Part shown: positions 1 through 9,660 of the stretch, in pieces
Numbering within the stretch: position 1 is the first letter of the stretch
Layout of the letters: each line of letters starts with the position of its first letter
Sequence record: SRR31156797_2854
Strand: one strand, 5' to 3'
DNA length: 64,000 bases
Notes under the pieces: model-generated
Seen by the model: only the letters and a program-made list of their open reading frames with translations
Database searches by the model: none
What the model was told of the DNA's origin: nothing
Position numbers and translations under genes: made by a program

Positions 1-6
1 GCAAAG

Positions 7-116
7 TCCCGACATTCATCGTCGGGATTATAAGTGCCTGAGCCCCCCAAATGGTCGGGACAGGCTGTAGCGCCTATGCTGAAGCTTCGGCGTAAGCATA
101 TGCCGGGAAACCGGCA
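7..116. repeat. Cluster of short GC-rich palindromes (REP-like hairpins)
   Basis: TCCCGAC-7nt-GTCGGGA (7-27), second GTCGGGA (54-60), CGCC-TATGCTGAAGCTTC-GGCG (71-92), TGCCGG-GAAA-CCGGCA (101-116). Confidence 0.55.
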
Positions 117-210
117 CTGCCTGGTTCTTAGGGGGTAAGCTGCCCGGTTGTGGCATGCAAAAAGACAGAACATTAGTCACTGTAACGAAACAAAAGTCTT
201 AAATATTAAA

Positions 211-996
211 ATGTTTGAACCCAACGATAAATACACAAAAGTACCATATCCAAAGATTCGGAGAGCTACCATTGGTGTGCTGAAAGCAGCCAAGCGTAAA
301 AATATGATTCATAGTATAATTGAGGTTGATATCTCGAGTGCCAGGAAAAATATTCGTAAAATTAAAAAGGAAACGAATAACTATATTTCATTCACGGGAT
401 ATATTATATACTGCTTATCAAAGGCAGTAGATAAAAATAAAATAATGCATGCTTACAGGAATAAAAAGAATCAATTGATTTTCTTCAATGATGTTGATGT
501 AAGCACTACAATTGAAAGAAAAGTTGATAATAACAGTGAAGTTGTTGCCATGATTATTCGTGGAGCAAATCACAAAAAAGTTATAGAGATATCAGAAGAA
601 ATTAAAAACGAAAAAGAAAAAGATGTTACAAAAGCAGAAGTTTTTCATTCAATAAATCTTTTTTTGGCAATACCTTCATTTATTAGGCAATTAGTTTTCA
701 GGTTGCTTGATAAATCACCAAAACTAATGAAAAAGAGGGCTGGTACCGTAATGGTTACATCTGCAAATATGATTGGAATTGGGGCTGGATGGGGTATTCC
801 AATAGCAACACATACAATTAATGTTACAATTGGAGGTATAGTTGATAGGATTGTTGAGGAGAATAATCAATGTGAGAAAAGACAACATTTATGTTTAACA
901 TTTAGTTTTGACCATGATATTATAGATGGTGCCCCCGCAGCCAGATTTATTAGAAATATTAAGAAAATAATTGAAAGTGGTGAGGTAATTATTTAA
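211..996 (+). CDS. Stand-alone 2-oxoacid dehydrogenase E2-type acyltransferase catalytic domain protein
   Basis: C-terminal LTFSFDHDIIDGAPAARF resembles the E2 DHRxxDG motif; no lipoyl domain; ATG at 211 after an A-rich tract preferred over TTG at 148. Confidence 0.8.
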   Translation: MFEPNDKYTKVPYPKIRRATIGVLKAAKRKNMIHSIIEVDISSARKNIRKIKKETNNYISFTGYIIYCLSKAVDKNKIMHAYRNKKNQLIFFNDVDVSTTIERKVDNNSEVVAMIIRGANHKKVIEISEEIKNEKEKDVTKAEVFHSINLFLAIPSFIRQLVFRLLDKSPKLMKKRAGTVMVTSANMIGIGAGWGIPIATHTINVTIGGIVDRIVEENNQCEKRQHLCLTFSFDHDIIDGAPAARFIRNIKKIIESGEVII

Positions 997-1026
997 TTTT
1001 ATATAAGCTCAAAAAACAGGATTAAA

Positions 1027-1686
1027 ATGAAGAAAAATGAAATCCAGCTTGGATTATGGTCTGCTATTTTATCTGCAGCCTTTGCAGTCATATGGTTTAT
1101 AACTTTCAATATGCAGGATGTATTTCAAGCTGTACCGGAATGGGAAAATTTAAAAGATTATGCTGAGGCATTTAACATCTCACGTTTAACATTGATTTAT
1201 CCTTCCCTTCTTTTAGCATTAACCTATATCATTATGCTTGCATGTGCACACAGAGTTTTACCGGAGGATAAAAAGTTATGGAGTTTGATTGCGTTATCAA
1301 TTGGAATTGTTTATGCAGTTATGGCCAGCATTAATTACAATATACAAGCGGTTTCCGTTCGGCAAAGTTTAGCAGCAGGGGAAATAAATGGGATAGAAAT
1401 GTTTATACCTGATAATACACATTCCATATACAATGCATTAGCAAATTCTTATGTATACATGGCTATATCGATGTTTTTTGCAGGTTTCATCTTTCAGAGA
1501 GGGAAACTTGAGAAATGGATTAGGGGCTTGCTTACATTACAGATTATCTCTGCTATAGGTCAAATTGGTTATAGCATGATTGATATTTCTGAGACAATTT
1601 TTATTGTCACAAGTATGATTTGGGTTATTGGAGCTCCGGCATCGTTCATACTGATAGCGATATGGTTTAAAAGACAGAAAGTTTAA
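1027..1686 (+). CDS. Multi-pass membrane protein of unknown function
   Basis: About 6 hydrophobic segments; co-oriented with neighbours. Confidence 0.75.
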   Translation: MKKNEIQLGLWSAILSAAFAVIWFITFNMQDVFQAVPEWENLKDYAEAFNISRLTLIYPSLLLALTYIIMLACAHRVLPEDKKLWSLIALSIGIVYAVMASINYNIQAVSVRQSLAAGEINGIEMFIPDNTHSIYNALANSYVYMAISMFFAGFIFQRGKLEKWIRGLLTLQIISAIGQIGYSMIDISETIFIVTSMIWVIGAPASFILIAIWFKRQKV

Positions 1687-1706
1687 TCATTAAATAAGCG
1701 TTAATC

Positions 1707-2186
1707 ATGAATAAAACATTTCAAATAATTGCTATCGGGCAAGTTAAGCTTATCAAGGATAAAAGTGTTATTGAACTTGATGGTAATTATTTGTCAGGAC
1801 TGACCCAGATTGAAGTTTTTAGCCATTTTCAAATTATTTGGTGGGCGCATTTAACTGATGGGCTGCAAAAGAGGGAAACGCTAATTGCAGAAAAACTATT
1901 TAAAAAAGCACCGGATAAAATAGGAATATTTGGTACTCGTGCCCCGGCCAGACCTAATCCAATTATGATTAGTACAATTAAAGTCGAGAATATTGATATT
2001 GAAAAAGGGATTATACAAACACCTTTTATTGATGCAGAACCAGGAAGTCCTGTTCTTGACATAAAACCATATTTACCAATGGAAAGAGTAAAAAAATGCG
2101 ATGTACCAGAGTGGCTTAAGCATTGGCCGGAATGGGCTGAAGACGCAATGAGTTTTAATTGGCAAAACGAGATTAACTTTGACTAA
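1707..2186 (+). CDS. TrmO/TsaA-family SAM-binding tRNA methyltransferase-like protein
   Basis: GIFGTRAPARPNPI and DAEPGSPVLDIKPY motifs. Confidence 0.85.
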   Translation: MNKTFQIIAIGQVKLIKDKSVIELDGNYLSGLTQIEVFSHFQIIWWAHLTDGLQKRETLIAEKLFKKAPDKIGIFGTRAPARPNPIMISTIKVENIDIEKGIIQTPFIDAEPGSPVLDIKPYLPMERVKKCDVPEWLKHWPEWAEDAMSFNWQNEINFD

Positions 2187-2502
2187 AAATGCACGACCAC
2201 ACACTCGATTTGACGGCCCCAGCCCTAAATAACCGGGGAGCGCCTGCTAACGCAATGGTCAGCATCCGGAATGATGTTGTACGACTCCCGGAACTTCGGA
2301 ATACTGATCTCTCTTTATGGAGATTCTTAACCACATGGGAAATAAGGAAAATTGTCTTGCCGTCGGATAAATACAGCGTATCAGGCCAATCAAACCATAG
2401 CCAAATCGTTCGCAGTAATAATAACGCAACTTTGTAGTTTAAAGATCCATCTCATTAAAAGCTGTTCACAAGTTGACTGAATAATCAAACATACGTAAAA
2501 CC

Positions 2503-2958
2503 ATGATCAAGAAATACATAATTATTCTTTTGATGATTGGATTTATCGCCCTTTCATGCGAAAAACCCAACAACCCAGATACCGGCGATCAGGATAAAGA
2601 AATTACCGGTGAATGGATTTGGGTAAAAAGTTTTGGCGGAATTACAGGATCAGATATTCAAACGCCTGAGCTAACCGGAATTCAGAAGACGGTGAAATTC
2701 CTTGAAAATGACACCGTTGAAATGTTTGAAAATCAGACAATGGTCCATAAAACCGATTATTTTCTGAGCAGGGAGGAAAGTATATTGCTGCATGATACGT
2801 TTGATTTTTTGACCATCAACCATAAATTGAGGATTACAAATCCGGACTCAATAATTACCTTCCCCATGAGGTATATAATTTCAGGCTTATCCGATACTTT
2901 GATGCTTGATGAGGATGTATATGATGGATATGGCCATGTTTACAAAAGACCTGAATAG
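2503..2958 (+). CDS. Lipoprotein (lipocalin-like, unknown function)
   Basis: Lipobox IALSC; ITGEWIWVKSFGGITG motif. Confidence 0.75.
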   Translation: MIKKYIIILLMIGFIALSCEKPNNPDTGDQDKEITGEWIWVKSFGGITGSDIQTPELTGIQKTVKFLENDTVEMFENQTMVHKTDYFLSREESILLHDTFDFLTINHKLRITNPDSIITFPMRYIISGLSDTLMLDEDVYDGYGHVYKRPE

Positions 2959-3132
2959 CATACCTGTGGTCTGCCGGTCAACTGATGGCCCAGGGGCTGC
3001 CAGAGCGGTTTGCCAAATACAGTAAGTCGCCATCAGCCCCAAAACAGGTCCGTAGTTTTTACCTGGTCATTCCAACTTATCCCGGTCCTTTCTGAATAGC
3101 TTCTTATCACTACATTTGCAGTTGAAAAATCC

Positions 3133-4671
3133 ATGGGTCAGTCAATTGGAACAACGATTAAAAATCAGGAAATGCACATGAATAAACACCGGTTATTAAG
3201 CGCCATAATTGTGATGATCCTGGCCCTGCTTTTCAGTTGCAACATCATACGGCAAAATGAAGACGAATTCCCGCCCAATAAAGTCGTCCCCACCGAAAAG
3301 CTGATCGCGTACCAGCAAATGGAATTCATCGGGTTTATTCATTTTACCATGAATACCTTCACGGATAAGGAATGGGGGTTTGGCGACGAAAGCCCTGAAC
3401 TTTTCAATCCAACTCAACTCAGCACCGACCAGTGTGCAAAAACCGCTAAAGAAGCCGGCATGAAAGAGTTGATCCTGACCGCCAAACATCACGATGGGTT
3501 TTGCCTGTGGCCCAGCAAATTCACCAAACACAGCATCAAAAACAGCCCTTACAAAAATGGCAATGGCGACATTGTGGATGAATTCGTAAAATCATGCAGG
3601 AAATACGGACTGAAGGCCGGGCTGTACCTTTCGCCCTGGGATAGGAACCACAAGGATTATGGCGGCACGGAATACATCACCTATTATAAAAATCAGTTGC
3701 GTGAGCTGTTGACCCAATATGGTGAGATTAATGAGATCTGGTTCGACGGGGCCAACGGTGGTGACGGTTACTATGGCGGGGCCAACGAAACCCGCAGGAT
3801 CGACCCGGAAACCTATTATGGCTGGGACAGCATTTTTGCCCTGGCCCGCGAACTGCAACCCAACATCAAAATATTTTCTGATGCGGGCCCTGATGTGCAC
3901 TGGATCGGCAATGAGCACGGTTTTGCAGGAACCACTTTTTGGTCAACCCTCAACACCGACAGCATCATCATTGGCAGGTCCGACACCAAATATCTGAACA
4001 CCGGCGATCCCAGTGGCAAAGACTGGGTAGTCGGGCAATGCGATGTTTCCATGAGGCCGGGATGGTTTTACCATGAATCCCAGGACAGCCTGGTGAAAAC
4101 CCCACAGGATCTGGTAGAGATCTATTATAAATCGGTGGGCAGAAATGCCGTAATGCTGCTTAATCTTCCTCCGGATAAACGGGGCCTGATACACGAAAAA
4201 GATGTGCAGGTTCTACGGGAATTCAGGAAAATAATCGATGAAATATTTGCTGTGGATCTGTCAAAAGGAAGCACAGCTGAAGCAAACAACCACCGTTCAA
4301 ACCTTCAGAAATTCGCTCCCGGAAACGCAGTGGATGGCGATTCCGATACTTTTTGGGCAACGGATGCCGATGTATTTCCGGCAGTGCTGACAATTCAGCT
4401 ACCTGAAAAAACAACATTCGACCGGGTGATGATCCGGGAACCGATAAAGTACGGACAAAGGGTAAGTAGGTTCGAACTTCAGGTTTTGATGGGTTCCGGT
4501 TGGGAAACCGTATTTGAAGGTACCACAATTGGTTATAAGCGGATCCTCAGGATTGATCCTGTTTCGGCCTCGCAAATCAGGCTCAGTATTGCGGAAGCCA
4601 ACAATGCAGTCGCGATATCCGATATCGGCATATTTAAATCATCACCCGGAGAAACTGCCACATCAGAATAA
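3133..4671 (+). CDS. Alpha-L-fucosidase GH29 with C-terminal F5/8 (CBM32-like) domain, lipoprotein
   Basis: LTAKHHDGFCLWPS, LYLSPWDR, EIWFDGA and RPGWFYH motifs; lipobox LLFSC; true start may be ATG 3172 or 3178; TACATTTG box at 3111-3118. Confidence 0.92.
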   Translation: MGQSIGTTIKNQEMHMNKHRLLSAIIVMILALLFSCNIIRQNEDEFPPNKVVPTEKLIAYQQMEFIGFIHFTMNTFTDKEWGFGDESPELFNPTQLSTDQCAKTAKEAGMKELILTAKHHDGFCLWPSKFTKHSIKNSPYKNGNGDIVDEFVKSCRKYGLKAGLYLSPWDRNHKDYGGTEYITYYKNQLRELLTQYGEINEIWFDGANGGDGYYGGANETRRIDPETYYGWDSIFALARELQPNIKIFSDAGPDVHWIGNEHGFAGTTFWSTLNTDSIIIGRSDTKYLNTGDPSGKDWVVGQCDVSMRPGWFYHESQDSLVKTPQDLVEIYYKSVGRNAVMLLNLPPDKRGLIHEKDVQVLREFRKIIDEIFAVDLSKGSTAEANNHRSNLQKFAPGNAVDGDSDTFWATDADVFPAVLTIQLPEKTTFDRVMIREPIKYGQRVSRFELQVLMGSGWETVFEGTTIGYKRILRIDPVSASQIRLSIAEANNAVAISDIGIFKSSPGETATSE

Positions 4672-4847
4672 TGGGTCCACATTTCATCAATCGGCCGGCA
4701 AATTCATTTTAATGCTTTGTTTAATGACAACTTTGTGAACCTGCGATTTTGGCCATAGGCAGAAGACCAGGACAGTTTTAAATTTTCTGCTATATTTGAC
4801 AGGTAAAGGAGAATTAAAATTTTCATTAACCAAACAAACAATTTATT

Positions 4848-5285
4848 ATGGAAACCAATAAAGTTAAACTACCGGCCTGGTTTTGGGTTGTTGCCATTAT
4901 ATTCCTGTTGTGGAACTTAATGGGATTATTTTCATTTTTCACACATACTTTTATGAGTGATGAAGCCCTTGCAGCACTGCCTGAAAATGAGCAGGCACCT
5001 TATGCTGAATATCCACTGTGGACAACCATCGTATTTGCGATTGCCGTGATTGCCGGATTCCTGGCTGCTGTGGGCATCGTTATGCGAAAAAAATGGGCCA
5101 AACCCGTTGCCATCCTGTCGTTGCTCGCCATAATCCCGCAAATGGCGCACAATGTGTTTTTCACCAGTTCCATCGAAGTTTATGGAATGGCGCAGGCTGT
5201 TACCATGCCCATCCTGGTGGTTATTCTTGGGGTTATTTTAATTTGGTTTGCTTCGGCGGCGACAAAAAAAGGCTGGTTGAAGTAA
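4848..5285 (+). CDS. Four-TM membrane protein of unknown function
   Basis: Four hydrophobic segments; A-rich translation initiation region. Confidence 0.75.
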   Translation: METNKVKLPAWFWVVAIIFLLWNLMGLFSFFTHTFMSDEALAALPENEQAPYAEYPLWTTIVFAIAVIAGFLAAVGIVMRKKWAKPVAILSLLAIIPQMAHNVFFTSSIEVYGMAQAVTMPILVVILGVILIWFASAATKKGWLK

Positions 5286-5367
5286 CCGAGGTAATGATCA
5301 AACGGGCGTTTGGAAGCATGAGTTGCTGGCAATAAATTAATAGTGTAACTTTTTAAAAATTTGATCT

Positions 5368-5592
5368 ATGGAGAAAATCTGGATAATAACTACAGCGGTG
5401 GTCATTTTTTTAATCATCAATTTTCTTGTTTATAAAAGTTTGCATGTTTTCGTTAAAAAAGAATTTGGGAAAAAGTGGCTGAAGATTTGGGGCAACAAAG
5501 TTTATTTCTGGCAAAGTTTTATACTGGTGAGCACTGCCAGTGCAGCACTGATCATATTTGTATTGAAATGGACGAACCTTGTCACTTTTTAG
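5368..5592 (+). CDS. Small two-TM membrane protein
   Basis: Two hydrophobic helices; plausible ATG start. Confidence 0.6.
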   Translation: MEKIWIITTAVVIFLIINFLVYKSLHVFVKKEFGKKWLKIWGNKVYFWQSFILVSTASAALIIFVLKWTNLVTF

Positions 5593-5689
5593 CAATCAAA
5601 AAACCTATAGGAATAACTTTGCACATCCAAAACCCATTTTTGTTTTCCCAAAAATCCAAAGACCCGTCACTACATCAGAAAATTAAACC

Positions 5690-7336
5690 ATGAAAATCCG
5701 ATACCAAATAGCCCTGATCATTTTTTACGTTCCGTTAACGCTCTTTTCGCAGGTTTCCCTGCGTGACACCTTAGTCACCTGGCACCATCATGCTTTTGAG
5801 CTCAATGATGACTACAGCATGCAATGGTACACCACCGAAGATACTGAAATTGAGGAGGTGCAGTTTGAAGGGAAAGTACTCGAAAACGATTTGATACGCC
5901 TGGTGGTTCTCCCTGAATATGGCGCCAGAGTGATTTCTTTTGTTGACAAATCAACCGGTTTCGAGCATCTTTATCAAAGCGAATGCGGCTCGGCATACGG
6001 CATCAATGCAGGTAATTTCTATTACGACTGGCTGATGGTTTATGGTGGCATATTCCCCACTTTTCCGGAGCCCGAGCATGGCAAAACGTGGTTGATGCCC
6101 TGGAATTATTCCGTTGTAAAATACACCGCTGACACGCTAACCATCCGGATGGAACTTAACGATAGCACTTCTTTTGTGGGTGCGCCTGGCGGATTTAATA
6201 ACGGCAATACCCACATTACCTGCCAGGTAGATGTGAGTGTTTACCAAAATTCAAGCCTGTGGGATTTTGACGTGAGGTTGATCAACAACCAGGACAATGA
6301 GGTAAACTACGAATACTGGACCTGCACTACTTTAACACCGGGTTCAGAAACCGGAAATACCGGAAGCCCCTTGAATTCTGAAATGATAGCTCCCATCGAT
6401 CAGTACGAAGCAGCCTGGAGCCCGGGCGGCTGGATCGGCAACTATGGACAGCTCTACCCTTTTGAGCAGATCAATTTTCTCGAAGAGTGGGCTGATATGG
6501 GAATTGCCTATGCCCATGAATTGAACAGCAACTACTGGGGTGTAATTAATCACGACAACAACGCAGGGATTTTTAGAATCTCTGAAAATCTTGAAACACC
6601 GGGCATGAAATTCTGGACCTGGGGAAAGGATAACATCGACAACAATTTATTTGATTTCAGCAACGGTGGGGCTGATAATTATATTGAGCTCTGGGCTGGG
6701 AATTCGCTGGCCTTTTTTGAGGATGCCTACCTGGAAGCCAACCAGCAGCTGGCATGGAAAGAATCTTATGTGGCTACCAGAGGGATGAATAGCATTACCG
6801 GAATCAACAACGAGCTTGCTGTTTTTGTTTCAACTCCAAACCCGGATCATCTGGGCCTAGAACTCAATAAATTTAAGATTAGCGGCGTATTTCATGTAAA
6901 CATAACCATCGCCGGCGAAAACCTGGAGGTATTTGATCAATCCTACAACCCTGAAGATTTACAGGTTTTTGAAAATATTGACCTAACTGCTTTCGGCCTG
7001 GCAAATGGTTTTTATACGGCTGAGATTTCAGTTACGGATGATCAGGGTGAAGTGCTGTTATTTGCAGAAACCACAGTTGAAATCGCCACAACCCTGATTA
7101 CTGAAAACCACCTTTTGGATTTAAAAATTCAAACTCTAGGAAATGGTCGGGTGATTTTAAACCTCTCAGATGTGGAGCAGTTCGAGGTTTATCTTATTGA
7201 TGTTATGGGGAGAATTGCTGATCAGAAAAAAGGACGGAGGTCACCGGTTGAGTTGAGCGCAAATGCGGAAGGAATTTATATCATCACCGTTGTTACCCCC
7301 GATGGAACATTTTCGAAGAAATTCCTGTTGAACTAA
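5690..7336 (+). CDS. DUF5107-like (galactose mutarotase-like fold) secreted protein with T9SS C-terminal domain
   Basis: Signal peptide; LENDLIRLVVLPEYGARV and KFWTWG...YIELWAG motifs; C-terminal GIYIITV...SKKFLLN. Confidence 0.75.
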   Translation: MKIRYQIALIIFYVPLTLFSQVSLRDTLVTWHHHAFELNDDYSMQWYTTEDTEIEEVQFEGKVLENDLIRLVVLPEYGARVISFVDKSTGFEHLYQSECGSAYGINAGNFYYDWLMVYGGIFPTFPEPEHGKTWLMPWNYSVVKYTADTLTIRMELNDSTSFVGAPGGFNNGNTHITCQVDVSVYQNSSLWDFDVRLINNQDNEVNYEYWTCTTLTPGSETGNTGSPLNSEMIAPIDQYEAAWSPGGWIGNYGQLYPFEQINFLEEWADMGIAYAHELNSNYWGVINHDNNAGIFRISENLETPGMKFWTWGKDNIDNNLFDFSNGGADNYIELWAGNSLAFFEDAYLEANQQLAWKESYVATRGMNSITGINNELAVFVSTPNPDHLGLELNKFKISGVFHVNITIAGENLEVFDQSYNPEDLQVFENIDLTAFGLANGFYTAEISVTDDQGEVLLFAETTVEIATTLITENHLLDLKIQTLGNGRVILNLSDVEQFEVYLIDVMGRIADQKKGRRSPVELSANAEGIYIITVVTPDGTFSKKFLLN

Positions 7337-7454
7337 AAAAACTTTTCTTGAAATTAAGCCATGCTACGATTAAGAACATGGATAATTTTCACCTTTCTGT
7401 AAATATCTGTTTTGTAGAATGGCCTGATTCATCAAAAGAAGAATGATAAAAACA

Positions 7455-7489
7455 AAGGCAGCCTTCCGGGGGGAATTGGAGGCTGCCTT
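7455..7489. terminator. Intrinsic terminator between convergent genes
   Basis: AAGGCAGCCT / AGGCTGCCTT 10-bp stem; U-rich tail on the minus strand. Confidence 0.7.
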
Positions 7490-7517
7490 ATCATCATCAA
7501 AAGGAGAGTTTTGAGCT

Positions 7518-8759
7518 CTAGTTGAGTTGGGAAAGCAGTTGATGCAGAGCTTCTCTCTGAGCGTTGTTAACGGGGAAAATCAATTTTACTGTGGCCCCTC
7601 CCTCGGGATCGTTTTCAATTTTTATTTCAGCATAATGGATGTCCATGATAAACTTGGCGATGGCAAAACGCAGTCCCGGCCACTCCGACCGATCGGCTAC
7701 TCCCGGAATACTAAGGAAGCTGCTTAGACTTTTCAGGTCGCTCAGGTTAAATCCCTTTCCCGAATCTTTGATCCTGAGTTCCACCTGGTCAATTTTTTCG
7801 CAAATCGAAATATCAATATGTCCGTCACTGGGGGTGTGTCTGACTGCATTATAAAGGAAAATGCGTATAACTTCTTTGATTAAGCCAGGGTCTATGACCA
7901 CCTCTGTAAGTTCACTTTCAGCCGGCCCGGTAATGCTGATATGTTTATCGCTGATCAACTGGCTGTGATCTCCAATGGCATATTCGAGCAAACTGCTCAG
8001 CTTATACGGACGCATTTTGTTGGCAGCTTTGTCAGGATCGATTTCAGTAATGGCCAGCGCCAGGTCGAGCAATTCTTTGCTTTTGCGGGATGCATCACCC
8101 AGCGTATCGATCAGGCTCATGCGCTCACCATTCTCTTCATTCTGTTTTAAAATATCCGTAAAACCAATAATGGCACTTATTGGAGATCTCAGCTCCTGTA
8201 CAATGATTTGCAGAAACTTGCCTTTAATTTGTTCAATATTGATATCATCATCTGGTGATTTGGTTTGCATGGGTGTTGGATGTTTGATAGTTAGTTCTTT
8301 CTTAAGCTCCTCTATCTCTCTCGATATTTTTTTCATGTTTTTTGTGTTGGCGGTATTTCCTGATAAAACCATACGCTTGCGCTCACTGATAACCAGTTTC
8401 AAATTGATGATATCCTTCAGCTCTTCCAAATCGCCGGGTTGTTCAATGTATTCATCGGCGCCGGCTTCGTATGCGCTGATCAGGCATTCCTTATTAAAGC
8501 TGTTTGCGATATAGATCACAGGTAAAAATTGCAACCCGCCGTGGGATTTAATGATCCGGCAAACTTTGATGGCTTCCGTTTCATTATCTTTATCCTGAAG
8601 CATCACAAGGTCAAAATCATGTTCAATCAACGCCGATAGCGCCTCCGGTACACTGGCGAGTTGTGAAACTTCATATTGTTCTGACTGAAGGATACTCTCC
8701 TTAACCTGTCCTGCAAGTTCGTGTCCGAATACCAGTATTTTACGTTTATCTTTTATCAT
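7518..8759 (-). CDS. REC-HisKA-HATPase hybrid kinase-like protein with degenerate phosphotransfer residues
   Basis: REC-like N-terminus (AGADEYI), ELRSPISAIIGF, NAVRHT, IKDSGKG. Confidence 0.85.
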   Translation of the reverse strand: MIKDKRKILVFGHELAGQVKESILQSEQYEVSQLASVPEALSALIEHDFDLVMLQDKDNETEAIKVCRIIKSHGGLQFLPVIYIANSFNKECLISAYEAGADEYIEQPGDLEELKDIINLKLVISERKRMVLSGNTANTKNMKKISREIEELKKELTIKHPTPMQTKSPDDDINIEQIKGKFLQIIVQELRSPISAIIGFTDILKQNEENGERMSLIDTLGDASRKSKELLDLALAITEIDPDKAANKMRPYKLSSLLEYAIGDHSQLISDKHISITGPAESELTEVVIDPGLIKEVIRIFLYNAVRHTPSDGHIDISICEKIDQVELRIKDSGKGFNLSDLKSLSSFLSIPGVADRSEWPGLRFAIAKFIMDIHYAEIKIENDPEGGATVKLIFPVNNAQREALHQLLSQLN

Positions 8760-8970
8760 TTCCTTTTGCCCTTTTGGAAAGACTGTTTATTATCATTTTG
8801 TTTGATACAAATGTAAAGTGTAACCAGGGGAGAATTCAAGGGACAATTCGCAACTGTGAATACCCAATGTGTAAGTGTAGAAAAAATGGGGTGAAACGTA
8901 ACGCAGATTTTTTGGCGTTACTTCAGATACGGGCTGGCAGGCTATTTTTGGGAGAGGCGCCCGTATCCCG

Positions 8971-9660
8971 CTACTGGTCGAGCTTTAATCGCGATTGCAG
9001 GGTTTGCTTGTATTGGCGGCCAAGTGGTAATTCTCTACCTGCCACAATCACACAGTTGCCTTCGATGTAGTCGATTTTAGGGAGTTGAATGATGTAGGAA
9101 CGGTGTATCCTGATGAATACTCCGGCGGGCAGTGTGTCTTCATAGAATTTGAGGGTTTCAGAAGATACATAGGTTTTGGCAGGGGTAACCACTTTCACAT
9201 AATCGCCGGCACTTTCCAGGAAAAGTATTTGTGCAGTTTGAATCCTGAAATGCTTTTTCCCGCTTTTAATGATCAGAAAATCATCTGATGAATTTTCAGG
9301 GTCAGGTTTTGATTTCAAAAGCTTTCCAACTGCTGTGGCAAACCGCTCAAATGAAAAAGGCTTGAGTAAAAAATCGGTGATATTCAAATCAAATCCATCA
9401 ACGGCATACTCGGGATAAGCGGTGGTGAAAATGACACCCGGAGGATTTGGCAATGACTTCAGCATGCTGATACCCGAAAGTTCAGGCATGTTGATATCCA
9501 GGAACAGTAAATCCGGCTGGTTTTGGTTCAGGTATTCGATGGCATCGAGGGCATTGAAAAATTCAGCCTGCAACTCGAGCCCGGGATATTTGTTGATGTA
9601 ATTTTGCAACACCTCGTGTGAAAGGGGCTCGTCGTCGATGATGATACAGTTGATTTTCAT
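8971..9660 (-). CDS. LytTR-family response regulator
   Basis: IIDDEP, LFLDINMP, FTTAY, LLKPF, FIRIHRSYII. Confidence 0.95.
   Translation of the reverse strand: MKINCIIIDDEPLSHEVLQNYINKYPGLELQAEFFNALDAIEYLNQNQPDLLFLDINMPELSGISMLKSLPNPPGVIFTTAYPEYAVDGFDLNITDFLLKPFSFERFATAVGKLLKSKPDPENSSDDFLIIKSGKKHFRIQTAQILFLESAGDYVKVVTPAKTYVSSETLKFYEDTLPAGVFIRIHRSYIIQLPKIDYIEGNCVIVAGRELPLGRQYKQTLQSRLKLDQ

Noticed and set aside
2189-2437. 82-aa ORF after the TrmO-like gene
   Set aside because: No recognisable motif or signal; more likely intergenic or border sequence
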